This document shows, piece after piece, positions 9,604 to 19,758 of a DNA stretch of 64,000 nt; position 1 is the first letter of the stretch; each line of letters starts with the position of its first letter. Position numbers and translations under genes: made by a program. The stretch lies in assembly GCA_963668695.2 (NCBI GenBank), contig CAXXLQ010000004.1, positions 2,400,001-2,464,000 of the forward strand, given 5' to 3'. Origin of the DNA: Vicinamibacteria bacterium (GTDB lineage: Bacteria > Acidobacteriota > Vicinamibacteria > Marinacidobacterales > Marinacidobacteraceae). The notes under the pieces are model-generated. The model was not told where the DNA came from. It did no database searches and saw only the letters and a list, made by a program, of their open reading frames with translations.

Positions 9604-10086
9604 ATGACGAGCACGCGAATGGTTTTCCTTCTCGTTCTGGTCGCCGGGGTCTTCGTTGGGTGCGGTTCTTCCGATGATTCGACTCCCGCGGCCCCGACGA
9701 CTCCACCGCCCTCCCCGCCGGCGCCAGCGCCTGCGCCCACACCCCCGCCCACACCCCCGGAAGACGTGCTGATGGCGACGTTTTCGAGTATCCAGGCGCT
9801 GGTCTTCGATCCCCGCTGCGTCGAGCACCATGGCGACCGCGAGGTGAAGGCCGGGCTCAACCTCAGTGAGGGGATGTCTTACGCGAATCTGGTGAACGTG
9901 CCGAGCAGCGAGGCGCCGCTCGATCTGGTGGAGCCCGGAGATGCGGAAAACAGCTACCTGATCCACAAGCTCGAAGGCCGGGTGGGTATCGTCGGGGGCC
10001 CGATGCCGCTCAGCGGGGATCCGCTCACCGCCGAGGAGATCGCGGTAATTCGGGACTGGATCGACGCCGGCGCCCCGAACGAGTAG
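9604..10086 (+). CDS. Lipoprotein with cytochrome c-like domain (atypical CxxHH motif)
   Basis: Lipobox FVGC, Pro-rich linker, CVEHHG, AGLNL, PGDAENSYL, MP...L...I..WI..GA. Confidence 0.7.
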   Translation: MTSTRMVFLLVLVAGVFVGCGSSDDSTPAAPTTPPPSPPAPAPAPTPPPTPPEDVLMATFSSIQALVFDPRCVEHHGDREVKAGLNLSEGMSYANLVNVPSSEAPLDLVEPGDAENSYLIHKLEGRVGIVGGPMPLSGDPLTAEEIAVIRDWIDAGAPNE

Positions 10087-10190
10087 CAGCGGGTGGTGAA
10101 ACCCACGCGGCCCAGTTCTCCCGGCGGGGGCTCGGCCGGCGATCCGCCCGGCTGACAAAGCGCGTGAAGGAGGAGCCCCCACCGGGAGGA
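10087..10190. repeat. Internally deleted MITE family 1 copy with 18-mer variants
   Basis: CAGCGGGTGGTGAAACCCACGCGG begins directly after the TAG stop. 18-mer variants at 10112-10129 and 10177-10190. Confidence 0.65.
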
Positions 10191-10605
10191 ACCCTCATGA
10201 TCGGTCCGCCTGCGCACCCCGCCCATCATGAAAAAGGTGGTGCGGCACCCACGCTGACAGGGCACAGAGTTATCGGCGCCAGTTTTCGCGCTCCCACGCG
10301 ATGCCGGCCGGAGGCCGGCGCTCCAAGCCGTCCCCGCGCTTTTTCCGGTAGGGGCTCCCTGACCGGGGGGCTGCGCCTGTTGGGCTACGTGCCGAGAGGC
10401 GCGGCATCACGGAACCGGGAAGCACGCCGTCTCGCCCCGCTGCGCGGGACGGTGCCGGTGTGAAGCCCCCACCGGGAGAACTGGCCGGCGTTCCCGGGCC
10501 AGTGCGCTATCCGGGGTGTCGGCGTCCCCGCGGCCTCATTTTCGCAGCAACTGGGCCGCCTGGGTTTCACCAACGGCGGCCAAGTTCGAGGTGGCGTCCG
10601 TCGTC

Positions 10606-11010
10606 TCAGCCGTCCGTCCGGCTCCCGAGCAGGTGGATTGGGCCGGGGTAGCGTGCGACGGTCCGGTCGGCGGTCAGGAGGGTGATCCCCTCCACCTGGG
10701 CCTGGGCGATCAGGATCCGGTCGAACGGGTCCTTGTGGATGGGTGGCAGGTGGGCCACCGCGGCGGCGTGGGCGCTGGTGATGGGGAGTTCGAAACAGCC
10801 GACTTCGACCAGCGTGGTGCGGAGTACCTCGGGATCAACGAGGAAATCGGAACGTCCTGTCTGGGACTTGATGGCGACCTCCCAGATGGTCGCCGGGCTG
10901 AATACGGCTGCCGTGTCCGGCGATTCGAGCAAGGCGCGGAGTTCCGGGGTCCGCCGTCCGGGCACGCTGGTCGCCCACAGCAGGACGTGGGTGTCGAGCA
11001 GAAGCCTCAC
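10606..11010 (-). CDS. vapC: PIN-domain toxin of a type II TA system
   Basis: LLLDTHVLLW, SPATIWEVAIK, HKDPFDRILIAQA and LLTAD. Confidence 0.92.
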   Translation of the reverse strand: MRLLLDTHVLLWATSVPGRRTPELRALLESPDTAAVFSPATIWEVAIKSQTGRSDFLVDPEVLRTTLVEVGCFELPITSAHAAAVAHLPPIHKDPFDRILIAQAQVEGITLLTADRTVARYPGPIHLLGSRTDG

Positions 11011-11270
11011 CGGTCATCCTCGATCTTTCCTTTGTACTTGCCCTCGAACATCGCCTGTATCTCGTCGGCGCACATCGTGTCGAAGTCGTCCGGCACCTTG
11101 AACAGGCCGTCGAGACATCCCACGAGGCTCTTCTTCGGGGCTGCCGCCACGGCGGTCACGCGCACGAGCGGCTTTCCGGCGCGGGCGATGATGAACGGTT
11201 CTCCCTCCACGGCTTTTCGCACGAGACGCGACAAATGCGTCTTGGCTTCGTGCATGTTGACAGTGCGCAT
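11007..11270 (-). CDS. Phd/YefM family antitoxin
   Basis: VNMHEAKTHLSRLV...GEPFIIARAGKP, with a 4-nt overlap to the toxin gene. Confidence 0.92.
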   Translation of the reverse strand: MRTVNMHEAKTHLSRLVRKAVEGEPFIIARAGKPLVRVTAVAAAPKKSLVGCLDGLFKVPDDFDTMCADEIQAMFEGKYKGKIEDDR

Positions 11271-11423
11271 CGCGAACTCCCCCGGTTAGTCCACTGCGGT
11301 TAGTTTAGCGGCGAACCGAGAGCGCATCCCGCGGAAGCCGTGTTGTGCTCCCGTCGGCACTCGCGCCGGGGCTCCCGTTTACACTGCCGCCGCAGCACCG
11401 GCCCATCGGCAACCGGCGTCAAA

Positions 11424-11615
11424 ACAATAGAAGCGTTGTCGGGACGCCCGCTGTCCGATTTGGGCTTCTTGGTGAGGTGGCTCAAGCGTGGAATGGCGAG
11501 GGCGAACGAGAACGAGTGGATCTTGGACAACTCACTGCTGAACGAAGGCATCAAGAAGCTTCCCAAGCCTCCGCAGAAGCTGGCCGGCATCGGTTTCCGT
11601 GCAGCGGTTCCATAG
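11424..11615 (+). pseudogene. Possible C-terminal remnant of an AAA+ ATPase gene
   Basis: Lower-GC patch reading LSGRPLSDLGFLVR...IGFR-stop, resembling AAA ATPase C-termini. No plausible N-terminus. Confidence 0.3.
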
Positions 11616-11711
11616 TTCCCTGACCAGACGCTGATGCGGACCTGGTGTACGCTCGGCGGCTGGCCGTGCGGCGGTGCGCCGAAGACCCGGGCGGCGACGG
11701 AGGCGACACCC

Positions 11712-14700
11712 ATGTTTGTTCCACTTGCATCGCACGGGGAGCGCCGGCGGGTTCGAAACGCCGGCCCCGGCTGGCTTCTTTTCTCCGCGTTCCTGCTGCT
11801 GGCCGCGGCGCCGGCCGCCTCCCAGACCGCCGAACAGGTGGACTCGGTCCTGAACCGGATCGAGTGGCGGAACATCGGACCCGCGATCATGGGCGGCCGC
11901 ATCGACGACTTCGCCGTCGTCGAGTCCGATCCCAAGGTGATGTGGGTCGCGACCGCCTCCGCCGGCGTCTGGAAGACCGAGAACTACGGGATTACCTGGA
12001 TCCCGCAGTTCCAGAACGAGGTGGTGTCCTCGATCGGTTCGATCGCGGTGGCGGCCTCCGATCCCTCGGTGGTCTGGGTGGGCAGCGGGGAGCCGGCGAA
12101 CCGGCAGAGCAGTTCCTGGGGGAATGGGGTGTACGTCTCCCGGGACGGCGGTACGACCTGGAGTCACCGGGGGCTCGATGACACCCACCACATCGGCCGG
12201 ATCCTGGTCCACCCGACCGATCCCGACACCGTGTACGTCGCCGCGCTCGGCCATCTCTGGGGCCCGAACGAGGAGCGCGGGGTCTTCCGGACCCGGGACG
12301 GCGGAGAGACCTGGGACCGGGTGCTCTACCACGACGAGAACACCGGCGCCGTGGACCTCGCGATGGATCCGGAGAGCCCCGACACCGTCTATGCGGCCCT
12401 TTACCAGCGGCGGCGGCGGGCCTACGGATTTGCCGGCGGCGGCCCGGGCAGCGGGATCCACCGCACCACCGACGGCGGGGACACCTGGATGAAGCTTGCC
12501 GGCGGCCTGCCCGAGGGCGACACCGGACGGATCGGCCTGAACGTCTATCGCGGCGACCCGAGGATCGTCTACGCCATCGTCGAGAACAAGGAGGGCGGCG
12601 TCTTCCGCTCCGAGGACAAGGGTCTGACCTGGGAGCGGATGAGCGACACGAACCCGCGGCCCATGTACTACAGCCAGATCCGCATCGACCCGAGCAACGA
12701 CCAGCGCATCTGGGTTCTCGATACCCAGATGTACTACTCCCAGGACGGCGGGCGAACCTTCGCCACCGACTGGGTCGAGGGCATCCATGTGGACCATCAC
12801 GCACTGTGGATCGATCCCGCCGACTCGAACCACATGGTCCTCGGGGGCGATGGGGGCATCCACATCTCTTGGGACCGGGGGCGCGCCTGGGATTTCGTGA
12901 ACACCATCCCGCTCGGGCAGTTCTACGAAGTCGGCCACGACATGAGCACCCCCTACCTGGTGTACGGGGGTCTCCAGGACAACGGGAGCTGGGCCGGCCC
13001 GTCGCGGACCTTGTTCCGGCAGGGGATCAGCAATGAGGACTGGTTCCGGGTCGGTGGCGGCGACGGTTTTTACACCCAAGTGGTCCCGGGAGACCCGGAC
13101 ACCGTTTACGTCGAGTCCCAAAATGGCAACGTCCGCCGGCTGAACCGCCGCACCTCGGAAACCAAGCTGATCCGCCCGCAGCCCGAAAACGGCGGCGAGC
13201 GCTACCGGTTCGACTGGAACAGTCCGATGGTGGTCTCACCGCACGATCCGGACACCGTGCTCTACGGCGGGAACCGGCTCTTCATCTCGACGAACCGCGG
13301 CGACACCTGGACCCGCACCGACGACCTCACGAAGCGCCTCGACCGGGACGAGTTGCCGATCATGGATGTCCCGGTCACCGACGACACCCTTTCGCGCCAC
13401 GACGGGATCTCGAGCTTCGGCCAGATCGTGACGATCGCCGTGTCCCCGGTCGAAGCGGGCGTCATCTACGTGGGCGCCGACGACGGCAATCTCCAGCGGA
13501 GCCGGGACGGCGGCGCGACCTGGGACAACCTGACCACAAACCTGCCCGGAGTCCCCGACCAGACCTACGTGACCCGGATCGTTGCCTCCGCGCACGCGGC
13601 CTCGCGGGTCTACGTAACCCTCGACGGGCACCGGAACGACGACTACGCCACCTACGCGTTCCTGAGCGACGACTACGGGGACAGCTTCCGCTCGATCGGC
13701 GGGACGCTGCCGGCGGAAGCCGCGCTGAACGTAATCCGCGAGCACCACGACAACGAGGACTTCCTGGTGGCCGGCGGCGAGTTCGGGGTGTACGTGACGC
13801 TGGACCGCGGGGCGAACTGGCACCGGATCGGAGGCCAGATCCCGACGGTGCCGGTGGATGACCTCGCGATTCACCCCCGCGAGAACGACCTGATCCTCGG
13901 GACCCACGGCCGGAGTGTCTGGATCGCCGACGACATCGCCCCGCTCACGACCCTCGACGCGGCGGTGTTCGAGAAGGATCTGCACCTCTTCCCGGTCCGG
14001 GACGCGGTCGCCTGGCGGATCTACAACCACAAGGGGAACACCGGCCACAAGTTCTTCATCGCCGAGAACCCTCCCGAGGGCGCGCTCCTCCACATCTACG
14101 CGGGCGCCGCCGGCGAGGCCGAGATCACCGTCAGCGGCGCGGGGGGCGACGCGGTGCGCACGCTGAAGGCCGAACTCGAGCCGGGGCTCAATCGGGCGAA
14201 CTGGGATCTGCGCCACGACTCCCCCGTTCCGGGGGCCGGCCAGGGCTCCCGCGGGCCGCCGCCCGGCCCGCGGGTGCTCCCGGGCGAGTACACGGTGCGG
14301 ATCGCGAGCGGAGACGCCTCGGCGGAGGGGTCCGTGCAGGTGGCCGAAGACCCCCGGATCCGGATTTCCGAGGCTGACCGCCGCGCCAACTACGACGCGC
14401 TGATGCGATTCACCGGGATGCTCTCCGGGATGAGCAGCGCGCACGAGGCGGCCGAGGCCACCGCCGGCGAGGCGGCGGAACTCGTGAAGGCCCTTGCGGA
14501 TGAGCCGGACAGCGAGTTGAAGACCCGGGTCGGCGACTTCCAGGAGGCGGCCGCGGAAGCGGCGAAGAACCTCTCCCGGAACGAAGGCCGCGAGGGATTC
14601 GGCGCCTGGCCGCGGCCGCTCTTTGCCCGGATCGGGGCGGAGGCCCGGAACCTCGACGCCTACACCGAGGCGCCGGATGCCGAGGTCCGCGCCCGGATCG

Positions 14701-14834
14701 ATTCGCTCGACGCCGAGTACGACGAGCGGATCGCCGCGTGGGAGGCGGTCCGGGGGCAGATCGACTCGCTGAACGACGCTCTCCGCGAGGGCGGGCCGCC
14801 GCGCCTTACGCCGCGGCCGGGTGGTGTGAACTGA
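11712..14834 (+). CDS. Secreted VPS10/sortilin-like BNR-repeat beta-propeller protein (glycosyl hydrolase-like)
   Basis: WRNIGPAIMGGRI, repeated S/TxDGGxTW Asp-boxes, DLILGTHGRS and a coiled-coil C-terminus. Confidence 0.88.
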   Translation: MFVPLASHGERRRVRNAGPGWLLFSAFLLLAAAPAASQTAEQVDSVLNRIEWRNIGPAIMGGRIDDFAVVESDPKVMWVATASAGVWKTENYGITWIPQFQNEVVSSIGSIAVAASDPSVVWVGSGEPANRQSSSWGNGVYVSRDGGTTWSHRGLDDTHHIGRILVHPTDPDTVYVAALGHLWGPNEERGVFRTRDGGETWDRVLYHDENTGAVDLAMDPESPDTVYAALYQRRRRAYGFAGGGPGSGIHRTTDGGDTWMKLAGGLPEGDTGRIGLNVYRGDPRIVYAIVENKEGGVFRSEDKGLTWERMSDTNPRPMYYSQIRIDPSNDQRIWVLDTQMYYSQDGGRTFATDWVEGIHVDHHALWIDPADSNHMVLGGDGGIHISWDRGRAWDFVNTIPLGQFYEVGHDMSTPYLVYGGLQDNGSWAGPSRTLFRQGISNEDWFRVGGGDGFYTQVVPGDPDTVYVESQNGNVRRLNRRTSETKLIRPQPENGGERYRFDWNSPMVVSPHDPDTVLYGGNRLFISTNRGDTWTRTDDLTKRLDRDELPIMDVPVTDDTLSRHDGISSFGQIVTIAVSPVEAGVIYVGADDGNLQRSRDGGATWDNLTTNLPGVPDQTYVTRIVASAHAASRVYVTLDGHRNDDYATYAFLSDDYGDSFRSIGGTLPAEAALNVIREHHDNEDFLVAGGEFGVYVTLDRGANWHRIGGQIPTVPVDDLAIHPRENDLILGTHGRSVWIADDIAPLTTLDAAVFEKDLHLFPVRDAVAWRIYNHKGNTGHKFFIAENPPEGALLHIYAGAAGEAEITVSGAGGDAVRTLKAELEPGLNRANWDLRHDSPVPGAGQGSRGPPPGPRVLPGEYTVRIASGDASAEGSVQVAEDPRIRISEADRRANYDALMRFTGMLSGMSSAHEAAEATAGEAAELVKALADEPDSELKTRVGDFQEAAAEAAKNLSRNEGREGFGAWPRPLFARIGAEARNLDAYTEAPDAEVRARIDSLDAEYDERIAAWEAVRGQIDSLNDALREGGPPRLTPRPGGVN

Positions 14835-14972
14835 CAACCCCTCGCGAAGCGCACCCTTCCCCAAGCGCACCCTTCCCCCTGCGCCGCTTCACCCCGTATG
14901 CTCACGCTGGCTGCCCTTCCCCACCGCCGTCCGAATGACGAAAACCCTTCCCACGCCCGGAGAAAATCGCAT

Positions 14973-16700
14973 ATGTCCCGTCTGCTTGACAAGAACCTGA
15001 GCCGCGCCGAGTTCCTGAAACTCTCGGGCGCCGCTGCCGCCGCGGGGCTCACCACCGCGGCCGGCTGCCAGCCGGCGGGATCGAGCCGTCCCGACCTGAT
15101 CGTGCATAACGCCCGGGTGTACACCTCGGAATACAGCGAGGGCGCCGAGATGATGGACCAGGCCGAAGCGTTCGCCGTCCAGCACGGGAAGTTCGTGGCG
15201 GTGGGTTCGAACGACGAGGTCATGAACCTCGCCGGGCCCGGGGTCGAGGTGGTGGACGCCGGCGGCATGGCGGTGACGCCGGGCTTCATCGACGCCCACT
15301 GCCACCCCGGCGGGATGCGCGACCTCTTCGAGGTCAATCTCGACGTCCGCACCATCGACGACATCAAGCTGGCGATCCGCGCCGCCGCCGCCGACACCCA
15401 GGCCGGCTACTGGGTGGACGGGTTCAAGTACGACGACACCAAGGTCACCGGCGAGAACGGGCAGTACCGCCGGATCACCAAGCAGGATCTCGACGAGGCG
15501 TCAACGGAGGTCCCGGTCCGGGTCTCCCACCGGGGCGGCCATATCTCCTGGTACAACTCGAAGGCCTTCGAGATGGCCGGCGTGGGCAACAACGTTGCCG
15601 ATCCGCCGGGCGGCCGGTACGAAAAGGACACGAACGGCGAGCTGACCGGCCTCGTGGAGGAGCGAGCCCAGGACGTGTTCCGCGGGGTTGGCCAGCGGCG
15701 GGTGTACGGCAGGCGGGAGTTCCAGCAGGGCGTCGCCCACATGTCGCAGCTGATGACCGCCGCCGGGATCACCGGTGTCCACCAGACCGGCGGAGACGCC
15801 GACGGCCTCCGCGCCCTCGAGGACGCCTACGCCGCCGGGGAGCTGCGCTACCGGATGTACTACTTCGCTTCCGGGAACTCGGACCTCTACAGCGGGCTGA
15901 AGGCCGCGGGGATCCACCGCGGGTTCGGGAACGAGTGGCTCCGGATCGGCGCGGTCAAGTACGGCGCCGACGGGTCGGCCTCCGGCCGCACCATGTACAT
16001 GAGCACGCCGTACGAGGGCACCGATGACCACGGCATCCTGACGATGACTCCGGAGGAGATCATGGAGGCGGTCGAGGATTCGCACGCCCACGACTTCCAC
16101 ATCGGGATCCACGCGAACGGCGACTTGACGATCGGTTACGTGCTCGACGCCTACGAAAAGGTGCTCGCGGAGGCGCCGCGGGACGCCCGCCACCGCCTTG
16201 AGCACTGCTCGCTGGTGAACCCGGAACTGCTCGCCCGGATCCGGGACACCGGCTCCATCCCCACTCCTTTCTGGACCTACGTCCACTACCACGGGAACAA
16301 GTGGGTGGAGTACGGCGAAGAGAAGATGAAGTGGATGTTCGCCCACAAATCCTTCCTCGACTACGACATCCCGGTCGCTGGGGCTTCCGACTACGTGCCG
16401 GGACCCTACGAGCCGATGATGGCGCTCCAGGCGATGGTGACCCGCAAGGACACCCAGGGCCGGGTGTGGGGCGACAACCAGAAGGTCTCGATGGACCAGG
16501 CGCTCCGGATCGGCACGATCAACGGCGCCCATGCGTCGTTCGAGGAGGACCTGAAGGGCAGCATCAAAGTCGGCAAGCTGGCGGACTTCGTGATACTCGA
16601 GCAGGATCCGCACGACCTGGCGGAGAACGATCCCGACCAGATCAAGCACATCGGCATCCACCAGACCGTCGTCGGCGGCAAAACCATGCACCAGGCCTAG
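14973..16700 (+). CDS. Amidohydrolase (YtcJ-like, amidohydrolase_3), probable Tat lipoprotein
   Basis: PGFIDAHCH, HANGD, RLEHC, GASD and KGSIKVGKLADF. N-terminal SRAEFLK...AAGC. Confidence 0.9.
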   Translation: MSRLLDKNLSRAEFLKLSGAAAAAGLTTAAGCQPAGSSRPDLIVHNARVYTSEYSEGAEMMDQAEAFAVQHGKFVAVGSNDEVMNLAGPGVEVVDAGGMAVTPGFIDAHCHPGGMRDLFEVNLDVRTIDDIKLAIRAAAADTQAGYWVDGFKYDDTKVTGENGQYRRITKQDLDEASTEVPVRVSHRGGHISWYNSKAFEMAGVGNNVADPPGGRYEKDTNGELTGLVEERAQDVFRGVGQRRVYGRREFQQGVAHMSQLMTAAGITGVHQTGGDADGLRALEDAYAAGELRYRMYYFASGNSDLYSGLKAAGIHRGFGNEWLRIGAVKYGADGSASGRTMYMSTPYEGTDDHGILTMTPEEIMEAVEDSHAHDFHIGIHANGDLTIGYVLDAYEKVLAEAPRDARHRLEHCSLVNPELLARIRDTGSIPTPFWTYVHYHGNKWVEYGEEKMKWMFAHKSFLDYDIPVAGASDYVPGPYEPMMALQAMVTRKDTQGRVWGDNQKVSMDQALRIGTINGAHASFEEDLKGSIKVGKLADFVILEQDPHDLAENDPDQIKHIGIHQTVVGGKTMHQA

Positions 16701-16858
16701 CGGTCCGCAAGGGGGGCGCCTCGACGGATTGGGATCCGGACATCAACTCTTCCGCGGGCATCGCCCCCCTTGCGAACCGCCAGGCGCTGCGCGCCTCAAA
16801 TCGGAACTCCCTGGTGCGCCTGAGGCGCACCGCGAGAAGTTCCGATTCCTGGTTGTCC

Positions 16859-17297
16859 TTTTGTGAAAGGGGGGATGCCCCCCTTTCACACTTTCCCCCC
16901 GGTCAGGCGGATGTCGAACCCTCCGGGTTCGCCGCCATTCGTCTTTTCCGACTGGTAGGGCGGGAGTCGTTTTGCGAAGGGGGGATGCCCTCCTTTCGCA
17001 CTTTCCCCCGGTCAGGCGGGCGTCGAACCCTCCGGGTTCACCGCCATTCGTCTTTTCCGACTGGTAGGGCGGGAGTCGTTTTGCGAAGGGGGGATGCCCC
17101 CCTTTCACACTTTCCCCCCGGTCAGGCGGATGTCGAACCCTCCGGGTTCGCCGCCATTCGTCTTTTCCGACTGGCAGGGCGGGAGTCGTTTTGCGAAGGG
17201 GGGATGCCCTCCTTTCGCACTCTTCCCCCGGTCAGGCGGGCGTCGAACCCTGCGGGTTCGCCGCCATTCATCTTTTTCGCGTCGCAGGGCGGGAGTC
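16859..17297. repeat. Tandem array of four ~110-bp hairpin-rich units
   Basis: Units start at 16859, 16970, 17079 and 17189. Each has hairpins TGCGAAGGGGGG-ATG-CCCTCCTTTCGCA and GAACCC-TCC-GGGTTC. Confidence 0.92.
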
Positions 17298-17540
17298 CGC
17301 TGTTGGGCCAGGAGCGCCGCTCTTCAGAGCGGCATTACGGCCGTAGGCCGGAGGATCACGACTACTTCGACAATCGGATGCCATAGCTGCCCGGGCTGAC
17401 CCCTGCACCGAACCCGCGGTACCCGGGAGCGACGCCTGCGGACGTGGGTCGCGCCCTGCTCGGGAAGAAACCCGTTGCCAAGTCACGCATGAAAACCCCC
17501 TATGATGCCGGCGGTTAGCTCACAACCTGGAGGTGGCACT

Positions 17541-18752
17541 ATGGACGTTACGCGCCGCGAGTTCATTGGCAACGTTTCTGCTGCTGCCGTCATGACCCAG
17601 CCGGGATCGGCGAGCCCGGTCGTGGTCGATGACGATCCGCTTGGCGTTCGGGGCGACTTCCCGGTGGTCGAGGAGGGCGTCTATCTCGACTCCGCGTACA
17701 TCGCGCCTTCACCGATCCCGGCGGTGGAAGCCGTCCGAGCATTTCTCGACGCGAAGACCCGGAGTCCAGTGAGCCTGGGAGCCATGGTGGAGGAGGCTGA
17801 CGCCGTGCGGCGCAAGTTCGCCCGGCTCATCGGCGCCACCGAACCGGAGATCGGATTGCTCTATTCCACCAGCGACGGGGAAAACATCGTGGCCGGGTCG
17901 CTCGACCTCGGCCCCGGCGACAACGTCGTGATCGACGATCTTCACTTCCAGACCACGTACGTCCTCTACCAGCACCTCGCCGAAACCAAGGGAGTCGAGA
18001 TTCGCGTCGTGCCCTCCCTTGATGGAGGCGTGCCGGTGGACGCGTTCGCGGATCGCATCGACGGACGCACCCGGGTTGTCTCTGTGGCCTGGGTCTCCAA
18101 CCAAAACGGCTACCGCCACGACCTCGCGGCCCTCGCCCAACTGGCCCACGCCCATGGCACGTACCTGTACGCCGACGCAATCCAGGGGATCGGGAGCTTG
18201 GATCTGGACGTGAAAGAGGTCGGCATCGACTTCCTTACCGCGGGAACCTACAAGTGGTTGCTTGCCGGGCATGGCGTGGCCCCCCTCTATGTCCGGGAAG
18301 AACTCCTGGATCTCGTGGTCCCCGATCGCTACGGGCACCTCCACGTATCGGAGACGCTTGGCGAGTACCGCTACCGGCTGCATGACGACGCGCGAAAGTA
18401 TGGGTACGCGTCCATGGCCTTTGAATCGGTCTACCAGCTGAGCGCGGCCCTCGATTACCTGCTCCGGATAGGCGTGAAGGACATCGAGCGGCACACGGTG
18501 GGTCTGGCCCACCGCCTCCACGAAGGGCTCACTGCCCAGGGGATGGCCGTCTGGACCCCATCCGGCAACCAGTCCGCCATCGTCACCTTCGAGCACGGCC
18601 GGGACGTCGAGACGGTCCGGCGCTCTCTCGATGAGGCGCGGATCAAGCTGAGCTTCAGGGACGGCGGTGCGAAGCTCCGGGCGTCGGTGGCGCTCTTCAA
18701 CACGGCCGAAGAGATCGACCTGCTGCTGGATGTGAGCAGGGGGTGGGTCTAG
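17541..18752 (+). CDS. Class V PLP-dependent aminotransferase / cysteine desulfurase-like protein, Tat-exported
   Basis: TRREFIG Tat motif, YLDSAY, ADAIQGIG, GTYKWLL PLP lysine and RASVALFN. GGAGG RBS. Confidence 0.88.
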   Translation: MDVTRREFIGNVSAAAVMTQPGSASPVVVDDDPLGVRGDFPVVEEGVYLDSAYIAPSPIPAVEAVRAFLDAKTRSPVSLGAMVEEADAVRRKFARLIGATEPEIGLLYSTSDGENIVAGSLDLGPGDNVVIDDLHFQTTYVLYQHLAETKGVEIRVVPSLDGGVPVDAFADRIDGRTRVVSVAWVSNQNGYRHDLAALAQLAHAHGTYLYADAIQGIGSLDLDVKEVGIDFLTAGTYKWLLAGHGVAPLYVREELLDLVVPDRYGHLHVSETLGEYRYRLHDDARKYGYASMAFESVYQLSAALDYLLRIGVKDIERHTVGLAHRLHEGLTAQGMAVWTPSGNQSAIVTFEHGRDVETVRRSLDEARIKLSFRDGGAKLRASVALFNTAEEIDLLLDVSRGWV

Positions 18753-18878
18753 GAGATGCGTTGGACGGCCTGAACGCCGACCTTCAGCCAGTTCTCCCGG
18801 TGGGGGCCGGCTTCACCCGTCAACGGCGGTCGAAACTCGCATTCCGTTCGCCCGCACGGTCTGCTCAACCCTTCCTGC

Positions 18879-19331
18879 TCAGCCCTTCGCCCGGAGCTTC
18901 GCCGCGATGAACGCCGGATGCTCCACATGCAGCAGGGTCGCGACCTGGCGGATGACGTGCTCTTCCTCCCCGGCGAGCCACCCGTCCGCGAAGGCGACGC
19001 GGAACAGCAACTCGATGATCGTCGCCTTGTGCTCCTTCGCGAGGCTCCGGTCCACCAACCGGGTGAACTCGTAGAGCGAGATCGCCTCGGCGGACCGCCG
19101 GCCGGCTACCGCGACGATCTCCGCCGTCTCCTCCGGCGTCAGTGCGAAGGCCGATTCGAGGCTCCGGACGATCTCCCGAGTCTCCCGTTCGTCCACGTCA
19201 TGGTCGGCCGCCGAAACTTCGACAAGCAGCACCGCCGTCGCGATCTGCACGTCCCGCGGCGAGGGCGGTGGGGGAGGGGAGTGCTCGGGGCGGCGTCGCC
19301 CGCCGCTCACCAAGTCGCTGATCCAACCCAT
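18879..19331 (-). CDS. TerB family (tellurite resistance-like) protein
   Basis: ATAVLLVEVSAAD, SLYEFTRLV and VAFADG...EEHVIRQVATLL. TGATG overlap with vapC. Confidence 0.85.
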   Translation of the reverse strand: MGWISDLVSGGRRRPEHSPPPPPSPRDVQIATAVLLVEVSAADHDVDERETREIVRSLESAFALTPEETAEIVAVAGRRSAEAISLYEFTRLVDRSLAKEHKATIIELLFRVAFADGWLAGEEEHVIRQVATLLHVEHPAFIAAKLRAKG

Positions 19332-19756
19332 CACGAACCTCCGGCCTGCTCGGTTGGCGTCGCGCTCACGACCGCAACACCCTCGCGGACAGCGGCCCGC
19401 AAGAGCGCCTGATCCAGTGTTGCCAGGGGTGCGGCGCGACGTTTCGCCAGTTCGAGATAAAGCGCGTCGTAGAAGGAAAGATCGCAACTGCGGGCGAGCG
19501 ACAGGACGGCCCCCAAGTCTGGGTCCTGGTCCGTTGTGGTCTTGAGTTCGGCAAGGGCCCGGAGCCGGGGCCCGGTCTCCGAAGCGTCCAGCCGGCCTCG
19601 TCTTTCCGCGACCAGCAGAGCGTTACGCACCTCAAAGTGCCACAGCACGGGAACCAAAGCCTGTTCGGTCTCGAGCCGCTCCATTGTGGCGCGGATTACC
19701 GGCCCCTGTTCGGCCAGGAGCCGGGCGACGGCGATAGAGGCGTCGACGACGACCAA
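19331..19756 (-). CDS. vapC: PIN-domain toxin of a type II TA system
   Basis: VVDAS, WHFEVRNALL, LSFYDALYLELA and LATLD. Confidence 0.9.
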   Translation of the reverse strand: MVVVDASIAVARLLAEQGPVIRATMERLETEQALVPVLWHFEVRNALLVAERRGRLDASETGPRLRALAELKTTTDQDPDLGAVLSLARSCDLSFYDALYLELAKRRAAPLATLDQALLRAAVREGVAVVSATPTEQAGGS

Positions 19757-19758
19757 GT

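Noticed and set aside
16859-17297. CRISPR array or tRNA cluster
   Set aside because: Whole 110-bp units are repeated with no variable spacers, and there is no cloverleaf, T-loop consensus or CCA.
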